Numbered from the stretch's first letter, positions 8,158 to 17,893 are shown. The stretch is DNA of 44,248 bases from Gemmatimonadales bacterium (GCA_050050535.1 JASFTY010000002.1:1-44248); one strand, 5' to 3'. Made by a program: numbers and translations. The notes: a model not told the origin generated them from the sequence alone.

Positions 8158-9885
8158 ATGATCTCTGAGTCCAAGGACAACCTGCAAGCCTCGCTCGAGG
8201 CCATCGACGGCAAAGGCTACGGCGCCTACAAACGGATCGCCGGCAGCTACGACTTCGGCGACCACATCCTCCATATCGACTACGTGCAAGGTGACCCCTT
8301 CGCGTCGCCCAGCCGCCTGCGCGCCGTCTTTCCACCCGAGATCACCGCCTTGCCCGACGGCATTCTGCAGCCCGCGATCCGGCGCCTGGCGGCCGCCGAT
8401 TTCCTCAACCGTCGCCTGTACCGCGAGTTGGGCTCCACGAGCCGCGACCGCGGCAGCGGCAAGAGCGGGGCTGTCCGTATCTTGCGACCGGGACAGTGCA
8501 TCCTCGAGCGTACCAGCCTGCAGATCGATGAGGCCGGCACCATCGTCGCACGTTTCACCGCAGGACTGCCCGCCGCCGGTCGTCGCGTGCTCGGCCACCA
8601 GGCGGCCCAGATGCTGCTCGGCGACATCCCCCGTGCCCTGCGCGCCGTCTTGGCCCCGGCCACCGGCGAGCTCGAGACGATGCGTAGCCACGCCTTGCTG
8701 GCCGAGGACTCGGCCGCGCTCCGCCACCAGCTCGAGGGACGCGGCCTCGTCGCTTTCATACCTGACGGCGCCGTGCTGCCGCGTCGCAGCGGTGTCGATG
8801 ATCGGCCGCTCGCCGCCTCGCAGGCCGTAACCTTCAAGGCGCCCGACGGACTGGCGTTCACCCTCGAGGCCCCGAACCGGGGCCCGGTGGCCGGTATGGG
8901 GATCCCCGGCGGTATCACCCTCATCGTCGGCGGCGGCTACCACGGCAAGTCGACGCTGCTCCGCGCCATCGAGAGCGGTGTCTACGATCATATCGAGGGC
9001 GACGGCCGCGAGCTGGCCGTTACCGTGCCCGACGCGGTGAAGATCCGCGCCGAGGACGGTCGCTCTGTCGCCGCGGTCGACATATCCAACTTCATCACCG
9101 ACCTGCCCCGCGGCGAAGACACCGCCCGTTTCTCGACCGCGAACGCCAGCGGCTCCACGAGCCAGGCGGCCGCCATCGCCGAAGCCCTCGAGGTCGGCGC
9201 AAGCTGCCTGCTGATCGATGAAGACACCAGCGCCACCAACTTCATGATCCGCGACGCACGGATGCAGGCGCTGGTCCACGACGCCGACGAGCCGATCACA
9301 CCGTTCATCGACCGCGCCCGACAGCTCTACGAGCTACTCGGCGTCTCCACCGTGATCGTGGTCGGCGGCGCCGGCGACTACTTCGACGTCGCCGACACCG
9401 TCATCGGGATGCGCAGTTACCTTCCCACGGACCTGACCACCGCTGCCAAGAAGATCGCAGAGCAATTCCGCACCGAGCGCGCCCATGAAGGCGGACCTTG
9501 GTCGCCGCTCCGCAGACGGATCCCGGACCCGACCAGCATCGACGCCCGCAAGGGACGCAAGTCCGTCTCGATCAAGGTGCAGAGCCCCACCCGCATCCTG
9601 TTCGGGACCCAAGAGCTCGAGCTCGGCGCGCTCGAACAGCTCGTCGAGGAGGCGCAGGTCCGCGCCATCGCCCAAGCCATGGTCCACGCCACCGGCCGCT
9701 GGTTCGACGGCCGCCGAACGGTGAGCCAGGCGCTCGAGGGCTTGATGGAGGAGGTGCGGCAGAAGGGGCTCGACACGATCGACTCCCGACAGCCCGGCGA
9801 CTACGCCCGGTTCCGCAGCCACGAGCTCGCCGCCGCCCTAGGCAGGCTGCGCACGCTGCGCGTGCACCCGCCTCGAGAAGTCTAG
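8158..9885 (+). CDS. predicted ATPase of the ABC class (ABC_ATPase family, uncharacterised)
   Basis: 575 aa. It has the N-terminal DGKGYGAYKRI...HIDYVQGDPFASPS motif, Walker A GGGYHGKSTLL, and Walker B CLLIDEDTSATNFM. This is the typical architecture of the COG3044-type family. Confidence 0.8.
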   Translation: MISESKDNLQASLEAIDGKGYGAYKRIAGSYDFGDHILHIDYVQGDPFASPSRLRAVFPPEITALPDGILQPAIRRLAAADFLNRRLYRELGSTSRDRGSGKSGAVRILRPGQCILERTSLQIDEAGTIVARFTAGLPAAGRRVLGHQAAQMLLGDIPRALRAVLAPATGELETMRSHALLAEDSAALRHQLEGRGLVAFIPDGAVLPRRSGVDDRPLAASQAVTFKAPDGLAFTLEAPNRGPVAGMGIPGGITLIVGGGYHGKSTLLRAIESGVYDHIEGDGRELAVTVPDAVKIRAEDGRSVAAVDISNFITDLPRGEDTARFSTANASGSTSQAAAIAEALEVGASCLLIDEDTSATNFMIRDARMQALVHDADEPITPFIDRARQLYELLGVSTVIVVGGAGDYFDVADTVIGMRSYLPTDLTTAAKKIAEQFRTERAHEGGPWSPLRRRIPDPTSIDARKGRKSVSIKVQSPTRILFGTQELELGALEQLVEEAQVRAIAQAMVHATGRWFDGRRTVSQALEGLMEEVRQKGLDTIDSRQPGDYARFRSHELAAALGRLRTLRVHPPREV

Positions 9886-9897
9886 AGTCGGAGCGTC

Positions 9898-10036
9898 TCA
9901 CACTCCTTATCCCAATCGTGCTCCTGCTCGTGCTCGCGATTGCCCTCCTCCTCGCACTCATCTGACCCCGAGGATAGCGACGAGTCGGGCAGGAGTACGA
10001 GTCCGATTACGATTACGAGTGCGAGCAGGAGTGTGA
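9898..10036. repeat. long imperfect palindrome (family 1) between convergent genes
   Basis: The outer 9-bp arms TCACACTCC (9898-9906) and GGAGTGTGA (10028-10036) are perfect. The interior is a 3-nt-periodic imperfect palindrome. It contains CGATTACGATTACGAG (10004-10019), the exact reverse complement of 44153-44168. Confidence 0.65.
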
Positions 10037-10074
10037 TCAGCAGGGGGCTCGGCTGGCCGCTGCTTTGATACCAG

Positions 10075-10383
10075 CTAGCGCTCGAAGGTACGCCGCAGTC
10101 TTACAACGTCCGATGACTCGGCGCGCTCGCCCTGCCCTCGCTCGTCATCGGTCGCGCCCGCTTTGTCACCGGGTGTGATGAGGCCGGACCCGAACCGCCG
10201 GTCCGATCGTTCCATGCGGAAGAACAGGCGGTTGATCCATGTGGCGCGCAGCCGGTCTGCCGACTGCCATTCGCGGGGGCGCCGGGACCGTCTGAGGCCC
10301 GGCATGCCCAGGCCGATCCAGATCCCGAAGGCGAACGTCGCGGCGGCGCCGGCGATCTTGAGTAGGAGAACGATGTCCATCAT
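10075..10383 (-). CDS. hypothetical single-TM protein
   Basis: 102 aa with an N-terminal TM helix (IVLLLKIAGAAATFAFGIWIGLG) followed by a charged tail. No family recognised. Confidence 0.45.
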   Translation of the reverse strand: MMDIVLLLKIAGAAATFAFGIWIGLGMPGLRRSRRPREWQSADRLRATWINRLFFRMERSDRRFGSGLITPGDKAGATDDERGQGERAESSDVVRLRRTFER

Positions 10384-10473
10384 GGGTCACTACGAAGCTA
10401 CACCGACGCACGTTCCAGGGTCCAGGGGGCGACGCGGTGCCGGCGCACCGCCATCACGCTTCTCGTTACGGCA

Positions 10474-10494
10474 GCCGGCGTATCATACGCCGGC
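10474..10494 (-). terminator. GC-rich hairpin immediately downstream of queD
   Basis: GCCGGCGTA-TCA-TACGCCGGC forms a perfect 9-bp stem 5 nt after the queD stop. There is no clear U-tract. Confidence 0.35.
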
Positions 10495-10498
10495 GCGC

Positions 10499-10861
10499 TC
10501 ACTCTCCGTAGTAGTGGCAGGCGGCGGCGCAGGTCTCGGCGATCGAGATCCGGTGGAGTCCGGGGAGTCGTCCCTCTAACCGCTCCCACAGCCAACCGCA
10601 GAGGACCTCGCTGGTCGCGTTTTCGAGGCCGGGCACCTCATTGAGCGTCCGGTGGTCCAGTTCAGCGATCACCGGCCTCACCGCCGAGTCAATATCGCCG
10701 TAATCGAGCAGCCAGCCGGCTTCGGCGTCCACGGCTCCGCGCACCGCCACCTCGATCTCGTAAGAGTGACCGTGGAGGCTCCCGCACTTGTGGCCCTCCG
10801 GCACCTTGGGCAAGTAGTGTGCGGCGGCGATGTTGTACTTGCGGCACAGCTCGACTCGCAT
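10499..10861 (-). CDS. queD: 6-carboxy-5,6,7,8-tetrahydropterin synthase
   Basis: Start at MRVELCRKYNIAAAHYLP (ATG comp 10861). His/Cys motifs: CGSLHGHSYEIEV. It lies 1 nt downstream of the queE stop. Confidence 0.88.
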   Translation of the reverse strand: MRVELCRKYNIAAAHYLPKVPEGHKCGSLHGHSYEIEVAVRGAVDAEAGWLLDYGDIDSAVRPVIAELDHRTLNEVPGLENATSEVLCGWLWERLEGRLPGLHRISIAETCAAACHYYGE

Positions 10862-10862
10862 G

Positions 10863-11501
10863 CTATACCCCGGTTTCGCCGGCGCCCCAGATATACTTGT
10901 GGAGCTGCGGTTGCAGCCGGGCGGGGGCGTTATCCTCCAGCATCCACTCGGCCAGTCTCCGCACTTCCAGCTCACCCCAGACGGGCGCGAACAGCAGCCT
11001 CCGCCCGGCGAGGCCACGCTCCGCGATCACCGCCAGCGCCCATTCGTAATCAGCACGATCCCTGACCACGAACTTCATCTCGTCGCTCGGGCCCAACTTC
11101 TCCAGGTTGCCCCAAAGGTTGCCCTCCGACTCGCCCGAGCCCGGGCACTTGATGTCCATTATCTTCACCACGCTCGCCGGCAGGATCCCAACGTCGACGC
11201 TGCCGCTCGTCTCGCAGAGCACGGCATAGCCACGCGCCAGCAGCGCCTCCGCCAGCAGCCCGATCTCCTTCTGCAGCAGCGGCTCGCCGCCGGTCAGCTC
11301 GACCAGTCTGCACCCGCGGCCTATGTGCTCGACCTCGACGATGATCTCCTCTACCGACATGTCGCGACCACCGAAGAACGCGTAGTCGGTGTCGCACCAG
11401 ACACAGCGCAGATTGCAGCCGGTCGTCCGCACGAACACACAGGGAAGACCCTGCCAGCTCGATTCGCCTTGGATCGACAGAAAGATCTCCGTGATCTTCA
11501 T
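10863..11501 (-). CDS. queE: 7-carboxy-7-deazaguanine synthase (radical SAM)
   Basis: MKITEIFLSIQGES...GCNLRCVWCDTDY, which contains the CxxxCxxC radical-SAM cluster motif and the typical QueE N-terminus. Confidence 0.9.
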   Translation of the reverse strand: MKITEIFLSIQGESSWQGLPCVFVRTTGCNLRCVWCDTDYAFFGGRDMSVEEIIVEVEHIGRGCRLVELTGGEPLLQKEIGLLAEALLARGYAVLCETSGSVDVGILPASVVKIMDIKCPGSGESEGNLWGNLEKLGPSDEMKFVVRDRADYEWALAVIAERGLAGRRLLFAPVWGELEVRRLAEWMLEDNAPARLQPQLHKYIWGAGETGV

Positions 11502-12698
11502 CTACGGCTTCAGTAGCTCGTATAGCTCGATGTACTCTACATCGAGATCGTCCCAGGTCCAGCCGAGCACGAAGTCGCGGCCGATCTGGTGAACGATGAA
11601 GTCGCCCGGCATCGCGACCGTCCCCAGCAGGCGGCGCTCGGTATCGAACACCAGCCAACTGCGCGTGTCCTCCCAGTCGAGATGATACTCTTCAACCCAC
11701 AGGTTGCCCTCTCCATCAACAGTGATGGCGCCGTAGGCAGGCAACAGCTCCGGGTACGTCCGCTCACTCAACGACCTCTCTACCTGCGACCGGTTGCTCT
11801 GGTTGCTGAGCTCGTCGAGCTGGTACCGCACGTATCGCTCGATCAGTCCCGGCGTCACCTGACGCTCCCGTGTCGGCCAGCGCACCAGCGCCTTCAGTCT
11901 GCCGTGCAGGTCGTAGTAGCACAGCTCGAATTCGTCCTGACTTCCAGCATAGACCCCGTGGTCGGCGACGGCGAAGGCCGTAAAGCGTCCGAAGGGGGGT
12001 GGGGAGAGTGAGACGCTGCCATATCCCTCCCGCCCGCGTACCTCGAAGTGGAACTCGCGACCTGGGAAGACCGGAAGCGAATCGATGACCGCACCGTCGC
12101 GATCGAGGCGATAGGCCCGTGCCGGTGGCCGCTGGCGGCCCTCACGAGGTCCCGACCAGAGAACGTGCTCGGCCAGCAGCAGCGATCCGTCGGCGAACAC
12201 CCCGCTCAGAATGCCCGGTGGCTCGGGCCGCGCCGAATGACCGAAGCGGCCCTCCCGGTCAAAGAAGACGATCTCCGGCGGGCTGTCGTCCCAGGCGACG
12301 ATCGAGTCGTCGCCCAGCGGGTAGATCCAGATCAGGTTGCTGAACTCGCCCGGGCCCCCGCCTCTGCCGCCGGCGGCTCTCAGGTAGCGGCCCTGTGCAT
12401 CGAAGAAGCGGATCTCCTCTGTTCCACTGTTCGAGATGACGATCGTGCCGTCGGCGAGCCGTAGCGCACTGCGCGCGCCGAGCAGCAGGTACTCGAGATC
12501 ACCTTCCACCGCGCCGATCCGAACGAGCGGCTCGTCCGATAACCGCCACGACTCTCCGGGCCCCCAGAGCGGCGCCTCGTTCGTGACTATGGTGATCCCG
12601 GCGCTGTCACGCACCACTTGACCGGCCGGCGCGCCACGCTCACCGACACAGCCCCAGACCAGCAGGCCCAGCGACAAGACGGAGAGTCTCGGTCTCAT
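11502..12698 (-). CDS. lipoprotein, 6-bladed beta-propeller-like
   Basis: Signal peptide with a lipobox (LGLLVWGC). Repeated beta-strand-rich units follow (DSAGITIV, DGTIVISN, DDSIVAWD, DGSLLL, DGEGNLWV). Its stop abuts the queE ATG. Confidence 0.65.
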   Translation of the reverse strand: MRPRLSVLSLGLLVWGCVGERGAPAGQVVRDSAGITIVTNEAPLWGPGESWRLSDEPLVRIGAVEGDLEYLLLGARSALRLADGTIVISNSGTEEIRFFDAQGRYLRAAGGRGGGPGEFSNLIWIYPLGDDSIVAWDDSPPEIVFFDREGRFGHSARPEPPGILSGVFADGSLLLAEHVLWSGPREGRQRPPARAYRLDRDGAVIDSLPVFPGREFHFEVRGREGYGSVSLSPPPFGRFTAFAVADHGVYAGSQDEFELCYYDLHGRLKALVRWPTRERQVTPGLIERYVRYQLDELSNQSNRSQVERSLSERTYPELLPAYGAITVDGEGNLWVEEYHLDWEDTRSWLVFDTERRLLGTVAMPGDFIVHQIGRDFVLGWTWDDLDVEYIELYELLKP

Positions 12699-12713
12699 CT
12701 CGGCAGCGCCACG

Positions 12714-14648
12714 CTATTCTCTCACCGCCGCCTTCCCACAACTCTTCTTCCGACCGCGCTGCGGCGCGTGTCGCTCGAGGATCTCGGCAAGTTCGTCGCC
12801 TTCGATGACCTCCTTCTCCAGAAGCCGCCCCGCCACCTCATCCAGCGCTTTCCGCTCCCGCGTCAGCAGCTTGTGTACTCGGCCGTGTGCGTCATCGACG
12901 ATGCGCCGGACCTCTCGGTCGATCTCCTGCAGCGTCTCCTCGCTGTGCCGGCTCTGTTCGGCGTCGACGACCTGGCGCATCCCCAGCAGGTTCTGGGTGC
13001 GCGTCTCGTAGGTCAGCGGCCCCAGCGTCTCGCTCATCCCGTATTCGAGGACCATACTACGTACCAGTTCGGCGACGCGGCTCAAGTCGTTCTGTGCTCC
13101 GGTGGAGATCTCGTCGAATACGATCTCTTCCGCCACGCGACCGCCCAACAGCACAGCGATGCGATCGAGCAACTCGGCGCGCGTGAGCAGGTAGCGATCC
13201 TCGGTGGGCAGTTGCTGCGTATATCCCAGCGCACCGATGCCGCGCGGGACGATGGAGATCTTGTGCACGGGATCGGCGTGGTCGACGCATTGGGCGACGA
13301 GTGCGTGGCCCGCCTCGTGGAAGGCGACGATCCGCTTCTCGTCCTCATTGATCAGGCGGTTCTTCTTCTCCAGGCCCGCCACGATCCGATCGGTCGCCCG
13401 GTCGATGTCGTCCATCGTCACCGCTTCGCCGCCGCGTCGCGCGGCGAGCAGCGCCGCCTCGTTCAGCAAGTTGGCGAGGTCGGCGCCCACGAAGCCCGGC
13501 GTCCGCCGCGCCACGACATCGAGGTCGACGTCCGCCTCCAGGCGAATGCCCTTCGCGTGTACCTCGAGGATCGCTCGCCGGCCGTTGCGGTCCGGACGAT
13601 CGACCAGCACGTGCCGGTCGAAGCGGCCGGCGCGCAGCAGCGCCGGATCAAGCAGCTCCGGCCGATTGGTCGCCGCCATGATGATGACGCCGACGCGCGG
13701 ATCGAAACCATCCATCTCCACCAGCAGCTGGTTCAGCGTTTGCTCCCGCTCGTCGTGGCCGCCCACCGGACCGCCGATCCCGCGCGCCTTGGCCAGCGCG
13801 TCCAGCTCATCGATGAAGATGATGCACGGCGCTTTCTGCTTCGCTTGGGCGAACAGATCCCGGACGCGCGCCGCTCCCACACCGACGAACATCTCGACGA
13901 ACTCGGAGCCCGATAGGTTGAAGAACGGGACGCCAGCCTCACCGGCCACCGCCCGCGCCAGTAGCGTCTTGCCCGTACCCGGCGGCCCGACCAGCAGAAC
14001 GCCCTTGGGGATCTTGGCTCCCAGCCGCGAGAACTTCTCCGGCCGCTTGAGGAACTCGACGACTTCCCTCAGCTCATCCTTCGCCTCATCGACGCCGGCC
14101 GCATCGTTGAATGTGACACCCGTATTCCCCTCGGCCTGCAGTCGCGCCTGCGACTTCCCGAACGTCATCACGCTCTGCGCCGGGCCGCCCATCCGGCGCA
14201 GCAGGTAGAACCAGAGCACGAAGAGCAGTGCGAGAGGCAGCAGCAGGTTCAGCATCCAACCCAAGCCATCGGTGACGGCACCCTCGTACTCGATCCCCTG
14301 CTCCTCCACCAGCTCGATCAGTTTCGGATCGTCGACGCGTACGGCGGTCCAGCTCTCCGGCGCGCCCGCCGCCTTCGCCCCCTCCGTCGGCTCCGCCACG
14401 ATCCGCCTGTCACTGATCGTCAGCTTCTGCACTTCGCCCGCACTGATCTTCGCCTTCAGTTCGCTGTAGCTGATCTCCTCGCCCGGTCTGTCGGAGAGCA
14501 CGTAGTTGAGTCCAACGAAGAGCAGCACCGCCATGGCGACATACACAAGCAACATGTAGGCGCGGCGGCTCCCTGGACCGCCGGGCTCCGGCCGGCGCTC
14601 ACCCTCGGGCCTCGGCTGTTCGCTCTGATTCCGGTTCTCGTCGCTCAT
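12714..14648 (-). CDS. ftsH: ATP-dependent zinc metalloprotease FtsH
   Basis: Motifs: [27 protein letters not shown], second region of homology [19 protein letters not shown], and zinc site HEAGHAL. Confidence 0.95.
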   Translation of the reverse strand: MSDENRNQSEQPRPEGERRPEPGGPGSRRAYMLLVYVAMAVLLFVGLNYVLSDRPGEEISYSELKAKISAGEVQKLTISDRRIVAEPTEGAKAAGAPESWTAVRVDDPKLIELVEEQGIEYEGAVTDGLGWMLNLLLPLALLFVLWFYLLRRMGGPAQSVMTFGKSQARLQAEGNTGVTFNDAAGVDEAKDELREVVEFLKRPEKFSRLGAKIPKGVLLVGPPGTGKTLLARAVAGEAGVPFFNLSGSEFVEMFVGVGAARVRDLFAQAKQKAPCIIFIDELDALAKARGIGGPVGGHDEREQTLNQLLVEMDGFDPRVGVIIMAATNRPELLDPALLRAGRFDRHVLVDRPDRNGRRAILEVHAKGIRLEADVDLDVVARRTPGFVGADLANLLNEAALLAARRGGEAVTMDDIDRATDRIVAGLEKKNRLINEDEKRIVAFHEAGHALVAQCVDHADPVHKISIVPRGIGALGYTQQLPTEDRYLLTRAELLDRIAVLLGGRVAEEIVFDEISTGAQNDLSRVAELVRSMVLEYGMSETLGPLTYETRTQNLLGMRQVVDAEQSRHSEETLQEIDREVRRIVDDAHGRVHKLLTRERKALDEVAGRLLEKEVIEGDELAEILERHAPQRGRKKSCGKAAVRE

Positions 14649-14762
14649 ATCGCTCGTGCCACCACCTATCTCAACAATATCGAATATCCGACACTCATTG
14701 CCCAGTCGGCCATCGACACCTGACAGTCGAACGATCCTCGAGATTCGATCCGCGGACGTCGA

Positions 14763-16580
14763 CTACCGGATATCGAGCGGAATCGCGATCTCCTCGTCTC
14801 TAAATTGCCGCTGATACAAACGCGCGTACAGCCCGTCCAGCGCCAGCAGCTCCGCGTGCGTACCGCTCTCCACGATCCGCCCGCGCTCCAGTACCAGCAC
14901 CCGGTCGGCACGCTGTACCGTACTGAGACGATGCGCGATGATCAACGTCGTGCGCCCCGCCATCAGCTCCTCGAGCGCCGCCTCCACATGCCGTTCGCTC
15001 TCGGTATCCAGGCTGCTCGTCGCTTCATCGAGAATCAGAATCTCCGGATCCTTCAGCAGGGCGCGCGCTATTGAAATGCGCTGCCGCTGCCCCACCGACA
15101 GCTTGATCCCGCGCTCGCCGACCCGCGATTCGTATCGCTGTGGAAGGGTCTCGATGAACTCGGCAGCATGAGCGGCCCGGGCCACCGCCTCGATCTCGGC
15201 GCGTCCGGCGCCGTCGCGCCCGTACGCGATGTTCTCCTCGATCGTCGTCCCGAACAGCATCGGCTCCTGCGGCACGATGCCCACCGCCGACCTGAGGTCG
15301 GCGAGCTTCAACTGGCGCAGGTCGATGCCGTCGAGCGTGAGGGCACCGCGTGTCGGATCCCAGAAGCGCGAGACCAGGCCGGCCAGGGTCGACTTGCCGG
15401 CCCCGCTGGGCCCGACCAATGCGACGACTTCGCCCGGCGCGATCTGCAGGTCGACCTCCCGCAGCGCCCAGGGCAGCGACTCTTCGTAGCGGAACCAGAC
15501 GTCCTTGAACGTCAGGGGCCAACCGCGCCCTGCCTGCAACCGCGCCGGCTGTGGCGGATCGGCCACCGTCGGCCTCTGATCGAGCAACTCGAAGACCCGC
15601 TCCGCCGCGCCCTGTGCCTCCTGATAGCCGCTCCACAGCGAGGCCAGCGAGGTGATGGCCGCCGCAACCATCACCGCGTAGAGCAGGAACGAGACCAGCT
15701 GGCCGCCCGTGATGTCGCCCGACAGGACCATGCGCCCGCCCTGCCAGAGGACGGCGACGATGCCACCGAACGTGACCAGCGTGATGGCCCCGAAGAAGAC
15801 GCCGCGTGTCAGCGCGCGCCTGAGCGCCGCCTGCAGCGCCGAATCGATACCCTGCCGGTAGCGATGCGCTTCCCACAGCTCGCGCACGAAGCTCTGCACC
15901 GTGCGGATCTGAACGATCGATTCCTCGGCCACCGTATTCGCCTCTGCGATCCTGTCCTGCACCTCGGTGCTCGCCCGGCGCAGCCGCCGGCCGAACAGCA
16001 TGGCGAAGAACACGACCGCCGGCGCCACGGCCAGCGTGGTCACCGTGAGCTGCCGGTGCATCAGGGTGAGCAGGGTGAGCGCCCCGGCCAGGTAGAGGAG
16101 CTGGCGCAGCAGCTCCGAGATCTGATAGCTCAGGACCCCCTGCAGCCTCACTACGTCGGATGTGAGCCGGCTGGTCAGCTCACCGGTCGTGCGCTCGGTG
16201 TAGAAATCGGGCGACAGAGTGAGCAGGTGCGAGAAGAGGTCCTTCCGCAGACCTGCGATCACCCGCTCGCCCGTCGCACCGAGCAGGTAGACCTGGGAGA
16301 AGTTGAAGAGCGCCTGGACCGTGAACAGCCCGAGCAGCAGCAGGGCGATCCGGTTCAGCAGGGCACGGTCCATCTCGACGAAGGCGGCATCCATCAGATG
16401 TCGAACAACCAGCGGGAAGGCCAGGCCGATGCTGCCGCTCAGCAGCAGGAACACCGTCGCGCCTGTCAGCGCCCAGCGGTGAGGGTAGAGCCGCGGCCAC
16501 AGGCGCCGGAACACGAACAGCGGCACCTGGATCGGCGGCACTCGCAGCTTGGTGCGATTCTGCTCTGTCATAGCATCCAT
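14763..16580 (-). CDS. ABC transporter permease/ATP-binding fusion (MsbA-like exporter)
   Basis: Six-TM domain plus an NBD: Walker A GPSGAGKST, signature LSVGQRQR, Walker B ILILDEATSSLD. The start is trimmed to MDAMTEQ (ATG comp 16580), because the upstream 56 codons lie in a low-complexity repeat region. Confidence 0.88.
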   Translation of the reverse strand: MDAMTEQNRTKLRVPPIQVPLFVFRRLWPRLYPHRWALTGATVFLLLSGSIGLAFPLVVRHLMDAAFVEMDRALLNRIALLLLGLFTVQALFNFSQVYLLGATGERVIAGLRKDLFSHLLTLSPDFYTERTTGELTSRLTSDVVRLQGVLSYQISELLRQLLYLAGALTLLTLMHRQLTVTTLAVAPAVVFFAMLFGRRLRRASTEVQDRIAEANTVAEESIVQIRTVQSFVRELWEAHRYRQGIDSALQAALRRALTRGVFFGAITLVTFGGIVAVLWQGGRMVLSGDITGGQLVSFLLYAVMVAAAITSLASLWSGYQEAQGAAERVFELLDQRPTVADPPQPARLQAGRGWPLTFKDVWFRYEESLPWALREVDLQIAPGEVVALVGPSGAGKSTLAGLVSRFWDPTRGALTLDGIDLRQLKLADLRSAVGIVPQEPMLFGTTIEENIAYGRDGAGRAEIEAVARAAHAAEFIETLPQRYESRVGERGIKLSVGQRQRISIARALLKDPEILILDEATSSLDTESERHVEAALEELMAGRTTLIIAHRLSTVQRADRVLVLERGRIVESGTHAELLALDGLYARLYQRQFRDEEIAIPLDIR

Positions 16581-16895
16581 AATGTAGACAGGAGGGCACC
16601 GCCTGTCTTGGCCTCGAGATCGACTTCCACATTGGACATTGGACAGCCGATGATCGACGCCCGAGTCCTGCTTCGACCATCGATCATCGACATTCGACTT
16701 TCGATACCCCAACGTCGGGTTTCGACAGTCGGCTGTCGGACATCGCAAGTCGGGCAGTGAGCTGGACGTCGGCAGTCGGCTGTGGCGCTGTCGAGTGTGG
16801 AGGAAATCGGAGATCTATGGCCTACCCTCCCGAGCATCCCCATATTTGCGGTGCGCTAACCCAGAGACGGCAGAAGGAGCAGGAGGCGCGAGAGA

Positions 16896-17852
16896 ATGTC
16901 CGAGCATTCCGAACCGGCAACGCGCGCCACGTTTCGGCGTTTCGCTGTATTCGCCTTCGTCACCGCGTTCTTCACCTACGCGCTCATCGTCTTCGGCGGC
17001 GTGGTGAGGATCACGGGCTCCGGCATGGGGTGCGGCGACGACTGGCCACTCTGCAATGGCCGGCTGATCCCGCCGCTCGACTTCGAGACGGCGATCGAGT
17101 ACGGGCACCGGCTGGCGGCGCTACTCGTCAGCGGTCTCGTCGCCGCGCAGGCGATCTACGCCTTCCGCCACCGGCGCGCTCTCAGCAGCGGTCGCGGAAT
17201 CCTCGGCCTCGCCGCCGCCGCGCTTGTCCTACTGGTGGTCCAGGTCCTGGTCGGCGCCGTCACCGTCTGGCTCGAGCTGCCGACCGCTACCGTGGTGCTC
17301 CACCTGATCGTCGCCTCGGCGCTGCTGGGCGTCCTCCTCATCGCCGGACTCCAGGCTCGTGCGGAAGCGCGACCCACCTTTCAGGCCGGTGGCGCGCAGG
17401 CCGGCTACCCGCGCTGGGCGGTGAGCACGGCAGCGCTCGGCTTCGTCCTCATATTCTTCGGCGGCCTGGTCGCCAACGCCGGCGCCGGCCCACTGTGCCA
17501 GGGTTTCCCGCTCTGCAACGGCCAACTCTTCCCCGAGGGCGGTGGCCTCGTGCAGCTGCACTGGACGCACCGGCTGCTCGCCTACGCTATGCTGGTTCTG
17601 GTGATGCTGGCGACGGCGAAGACCCTGCGTGAGAAGGCGCCGCCGCCGATCCCGCGCTGGTCGGTGGCCGCGCTGATCCTGGTGGTCGTGCAGATCGTGG
17701 TAGCCGCAGCGCTCGTGCTCCGGCAGCTCCCCGCCGACCTCCGAGGCCTGCACCTCGCTGTCGGCGTGGCATCCTGGGCGGCGCTCGTAGTCTGGGCGAC
17801 CCTGGCCCTCCAGCACGCAGGCTCGCCAGCGCTGGACCGCCAGTCGGAATAA
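16896..17852 (+). CDS. ctaA: heme A synthase (COX15/CtaA family)
   Basis: Motifs: GGVVRITGSGMGCGDDWPLCNG and a second half with GPLCQGFPLCNG. Conserved His residues sit in the TM helices (EYGHR, LHL, WTHR). Confidence 0.85.
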   Translation: MSEHSEPATRATFRRFAVFAFVTAFFTYALIVFGGVVRITGSGMGCGDDWPLCNGRLIPPLDFETAIEYGHRLAALLVSGLVAAQAIYAFRHRRALSSGRGILGLAAAALVLLVVQVLVGAVTVWLELPTATVVLHLIVASALLGVLLIAGLQARAEARPTFQAGGAQAGYPRWAVSTAALGFVLIFFGGLVANAGAGPLCQGFPLCNGQLFPEGGGLVQLHWTHRLLAYAMLVLVMLATAKTLREKAPPPIPRWSVAALILVVVQIVVAAALVLRQLPADLRGLHLAVGVASWAALVVWATLALQHAGSPALDRQSE

Positions 17853-17893
17853 GTCTGCCCAGCCCCGCGACGCGCCGTGGCCAGGCGCCTCAG

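Noticed and set aside
9896-10090. Hidden small ORF on the minus strand through the family 1 palindrome (..LLITLLLALVIVIGLVLLPDSSLSSGSDECEEEGNREHEQEHDWDKECETLRL*), a TM helix plus acidic Cys tail
   Set aside because: There is no ATG/GTG/TTG start after the upstream in-frame TAA (only CTG) and no SD. The hydrophobic-then-acidic pattern is an automatic consequence of reading a CTC/GTN/ATC-periodic palindrome through both arms.
10384-12713. preQ1 riboswitch upstream of the que genes
   Set aside because: queE and queD have no free leader because of their 0-1 nt junctions. The short spacers at 12699-12713 and 10384-10498 show no preQ1-like pseudoknot consensus.
14649-14680. TGGCACGAGCGAT immediately before the ftsH ATG
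   Set aside because: There is no -12 GC element at the required spacing, and the motif abuts the start codon, leaving no room for a transcript leader.
15168-16760. Long Arg/Pro/Gly/His-rich ORFs antisense or off-frame to real genes (also 72..866, 3963..4802, 6610..7764, 8080..9279, 12618..13916, 17229..18356, 27503..28873, 40578..41723, 42015..43313, 43220..44221)
   Set aside because: These are typical high-GC shadow ORFs. They have an implausible composition and no recognisable motifs, and each fully overlaps a gene with clear family signatures.
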